Virus record (IMG/VR): IMGVR_UViG_3300025103_000029
Span: 1 to 49,185 of that record
Length of the DNA: 49,185 nt
Direction: 5' to 3' (one strand)
DNA from: a virus
Taxonomy: Duplodnaviria; Caudoviricetes
The first letter of the stretch is position 1. Each line of letters opens with the position of its first letter. The notes under the pieces were generated by a model that was given only the letters and a program-made list of their open reading frames with translations, searched no databases and was not told where the DNA came from. Below are positions 46,826 to 49,185 of this stretch, one piece after another. Made by a program: the position numbers and the translations under genes.

Positions 46826-48075
46826 TAGTAGAAACTAATAAAGAGAAAGAACAATTTCTCGAATATTGGAATAACGAAGAATCTAAGATTATTCCGATTT
46901 GGGAAGATTTGGATAGACATCCTATGAATAATGGGTTGTCATTTTTGTATGTCCGATTCTCAAACTTAGATTTTATACTTCCTTTTAATCATAATGATTG
47001 TGAAAAGTTAGAAATAGATTTATCAACCTCGAATCAAACAAAGTGGATTTGGAACAAAAAAGGTTTCTTACAAACCGATATTAAGGTAAATAATCTAAAA
47101 GATGTGCAAACTTCCTTATTCTTTGAGAAATTCCAATTATATAATATCGAATCGAAATTAGAGGGTTTAACGAACTTTTACTATCGTTTGGGTATAAGAG
47201 ATGGTTTGGGTAAGAGTATCCCTATAATGAAGTGGGGTGAAGTATTACAAGGTATTGTTGGTGAATGGGATATAAAAGATACAAACATTTGGGTGGATGA
47301 AACGATGATTCCTATTCTTTCAGATATCGAGAGAAAAGGGATTCAAGTCGATAGGGAAAAATTTTTTGATAGATGGCCAACTCACCAAAAGTCATTACTT
47401 TTAGGGAATACGTTCACCGAATACAATCCATACACGATTACATCAAGACCTTCAAACAGGCATTTAGGTATTAATTATGGTGCATTAAACAAATCCGATG
47501 GTAGTAGGGATGTATTCGTTCCAAGAAAAGGAAAGTTATTCTTACAATTCGATTACGATGCATATCATGTTAGAATTATTGGTAAGTTGATTAAATATAA
47601 ATTACCCGATACTTCGGTTCACCAATGGTTGGCAGACCAATATGGTTGTGATTATGGGGAATCCAAAGGAAGAACGTTTAGAATCCTTTATGGGGGTGTA
47701 TCGGATGAAGATAGAAAAATACCATTCTTTGATAAGGTAGATAAGTTTATTAGAAAGATGCAAGAAGAGAGTATTCGAAATGGGTATCTACAAACTCCAA
47801 AGGGAAGAAAAATTCCTTTAGGATGGATTGAAAAACCCAACTCTCAAAAGTTCTTCAACTATATTCTCCAAGCGACGGAAACTGAGTTCAATATTGAGGT
47901 ACTGAATAAACTAAAAGAAAAAGGGTTACCTCTACCTATATTATACACATATGATTCATTTTTATTCGAGTTTGATGATTCTGAGGTAGAAACTATTAAA
48001 AAGATTAAATCCGTTCTCGAAAGTTATGGATTTCCTGTCAAAGCCGATTGGGGAAGTGATTATGGAAAAGTTTAA
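46819..48075 (+). CDS. Short, divergent family-A DNA polymerase
   Basis: T.TSRPS...IN; motif A FDYDAYHVR; motif B KGRTFRILYG; NY.LQ; motif C YTYDSFLFE. Confidence 0.8.
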   Translation: MVIVETNKEKEQFLEYWNNEESKIIPIWEDLDRHPMNNGLSFLYVRFSNLDFILPFNHNDCEKLEIDLSTSNQTKWIWNKKGFLQTDIKVNNLKDVQTSLFFEKFQLYNIESKLEGLTNFYYRLGIRDGLGKSIPIMKWGEVLQGIVGEWDIKDTNIWVDETMIPILSDIERKGIQVDREKFFDRWPTHQKSLLLGNTFTEYNPYTITSRPSNRHLGINYGALNKSDGSRDVFVPRKGKLFLQFDYDAYHVRIIGKLIKYKLPDTSVHQWLADQYGCDYGESKGRTFRILYGGVSDEDRKIPFFDKVDKFIRKMQEESIRNGYLQTPKGRKIPLGWIEKPNSQKFFNYILQATETEFNIEVLNKLKEKGLPLPILYTYDSFLFEFDDSEVETIKKIKSVLESYGFPVKADWGSDYGKV

Positions 48076-48083
48076 TATTTATA
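48075..48083 (+). promoter_or_regulatory. Putative late promoter ATATTTATA
   Basis: Recurring motif overlapping the polymerase stop codon. Confidence 0.55.
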
Positions 48084-48110
48084 TATAACTTTTAAAGAGA
48101 AAAGAAAATT

Positions 48111-48722
48111 ATGAAAATATTTAAAATATTACTGCTATCATTCATCTTGTGGGGATGTGAAGCAGAAGGAATAGTAGCACAAGAATTAAGAGAAAATGTA
48201 ATTGTTGAAAACGCAGTATTTAAAGTTTGGTACAACGAAGTATTAGAACAACCTGTTCAATTAATTTACACATCTACTAATAGACCAAAAAATGTAGATA
48301 GAGGTTCAATGAACTTTTATAATGAAGCAGATTATCATACATCTGATAATGCTGATTATTATGCAAATGTGTGGGATAAAGGTCATTTAGCACCTGCAGC
48401 AACTTTTTCCGATTCTAAAGAAAATCTACGACAAACATTTTCGTTTTTAAATTGTGCTCTACAAAACCAATATCTTAATAGAGGTGAGTGGAGATTATTA
48501 GAAGAACAAGAACGAAGATGGGATGATGATTCAAACTTAACTATTACAGTTAATTTAGAATTTATTGATGGACATGAAGTTCTACCAACAGGTGGTCATG
48601 TTCCAACTCATATGATAAAACACATCAGATTTGATAACGATGGTAGTTATAGATGTTTTAGATTTCCAAATGTTAAACCAATCGAAGGATGGGAAGAACA
48701 TGAGGTAACTCATACTCATTAA
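48111..48722 (+). CDS. DNA/RNA non-specific endonuclease (NucA/Endonuclease_NS family) with a lipoprotein-type signal peptide
   Basis: DKGHLAPA, N...Q...LNRG.W..LE, VPTH..K; N-terminus MKIFKILLLSFILWG|C. Confidence 0.85.
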   Translation: MKIFKILLLSFILWGCEAEGIVAQELRENVIVENAVFKVWYNEVLEQPVQLIYTSTNRPKNVDRGSMNFYNEADYHTSDNADYYANVWDKGHLAPAATFSDSKENLRQTFSFLNCALQNQYLNRGEWRLLEEQERRWDDDSNLTITVNLEFIDGHEVLPTGGHVPTHMIKHIRFDNDGSYRCFRFPNVKPIEGWEEHEVTHTH

Positions 48723-48730
48723 TATTTATA
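48722..48730 (+). promoter_or_regulatory. Putative late promoter ATATTTATA
   Basis: Recurring motif, 6 nt before an ATG. Confidence 0.55.
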
Positions 48731-48736
48731 GTATAG

Positions 48737-49185
48737 ATGGATTATAAAGAAGTAATAGATAAGTTAGTAAGAGAACTCTCATATAGGGTAGGAATTCCCA
48801 ATATAAAAAATAAAGACCATCAATCAATCATGTCAGAAATTCTCTCAGAATGGGGTGAGTATGATGTAAAAGAAACTATCTTTGAATTTCTTACTGAAGA
48901 ACCAAGAAAATTTAAAAATCCAATTCTTAATAGAGTTATTAAGTATAGAGATAAAAAAGGTAATGAAAAAGAAGGGATTGTTGGAAATCTATTAACTTCA
49001 CCAAAAGATTCACCAGGTAGAATAGAGGCAGAAAAAACCTTACCAGCTGAAGGAACTCCTGAAAGAGATGCAGTAAATCAAGAAGTTGGTTCTCAGGGAA
49101 CTAAGAAAAAAATTGATTCTCCAAAAGGAAATTCAAGTGATACTACTGATGATACTCAAACCACACAAGGTAGTGCAGTAAAACC
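48737..49185 (+). CDS. 3'-truncated hypothetical protein, possibly an internal head protein
   Basis: MDYKEVIDKLVRELSYRVGIP...FEFLTEEP..., open to the window end. L-x-E resembles a gp21 cleavage site. Confidence 0.6.
   Translation, partial: MDYKEVIDKLVRELSYRVGIPNIKNKDHQSIMSEILSEWGEYDVKETIFEFLTEEPRKFKNPILNRVIKYRDKKGNEKEGIVGNLLTSPKDSPGRIEAEKTLPAEGTPERDAVNQEVGSQGTKKKIDSPKGNSSDTTDDTQTTQGSAVK

Noticed and set aside
221-46920. Minus-strand and alternate-frame ORFs in the ORF track (e.g. 14307-14894, 26432-26872, 36190-36693, 42500-42685)
   Set aside because: They are shadows of plus-strand genes with no recognisable motifs or independent expression signals.
1-49185. Alternative genetic code (stop codon reassignment)
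   Set aside because: Long genes are intact in the standard code, and TAG ends genes exactly at conserved termini (DGETF at 13573, DGGTF at 16575).
1-49185. tRNA, rRNA, integrase or transposase genes; phage bS21
   Set aside because: None recognised by eye; intergenic gaps are short and mostly explained by promoters and terminators.

Overview
The window is an AT-rich, entirely plus-strand virion morphogenesis module of a large T4-like (myovirus-type) phage, followed by a short early/replication segment. Gene order: scaffold, major capsid, neck gp13/gp14, tail terminator gp15, a ~24 kb cluster of fibre/adhesin genes, sheath, tube, tail chaperone, tape measure and baseplate genes. After these come small early genes, a short family-A DNA polymerase, a lipoprotein nuclease and a partial ORF. 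The early promoters match the Bacteroidota consensus (TTG-N20-TAnnTTTG-like), so a Bacteroidota (possibly Flavobacteriia) host is inferred. Best candidate for a new system: surface-exposed virion proteins are saturated with a [S/T]-[G/A/S]-S motif, a GT-B glycosyltransferase sits inside the fibre cluster, and two paralogous PhyH-type dioxygenases with an atypical H-x-N iron motif nearly bracket the module. Together these suggest phage-encoded, sequon-directed virion decoration. Other signals: a BIL-type Hint protein; fibres with matching N- and C-terminal docking motifs; a late promoter ATA(T/C)TTATA whose core is the reverse complement of the T4 late promoter; SD-led late genes versus SD-less early genes; and a probable +1 frameshift in the tail chaperone. 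All assignments come from motif recognition and synteny; no database searches were run.
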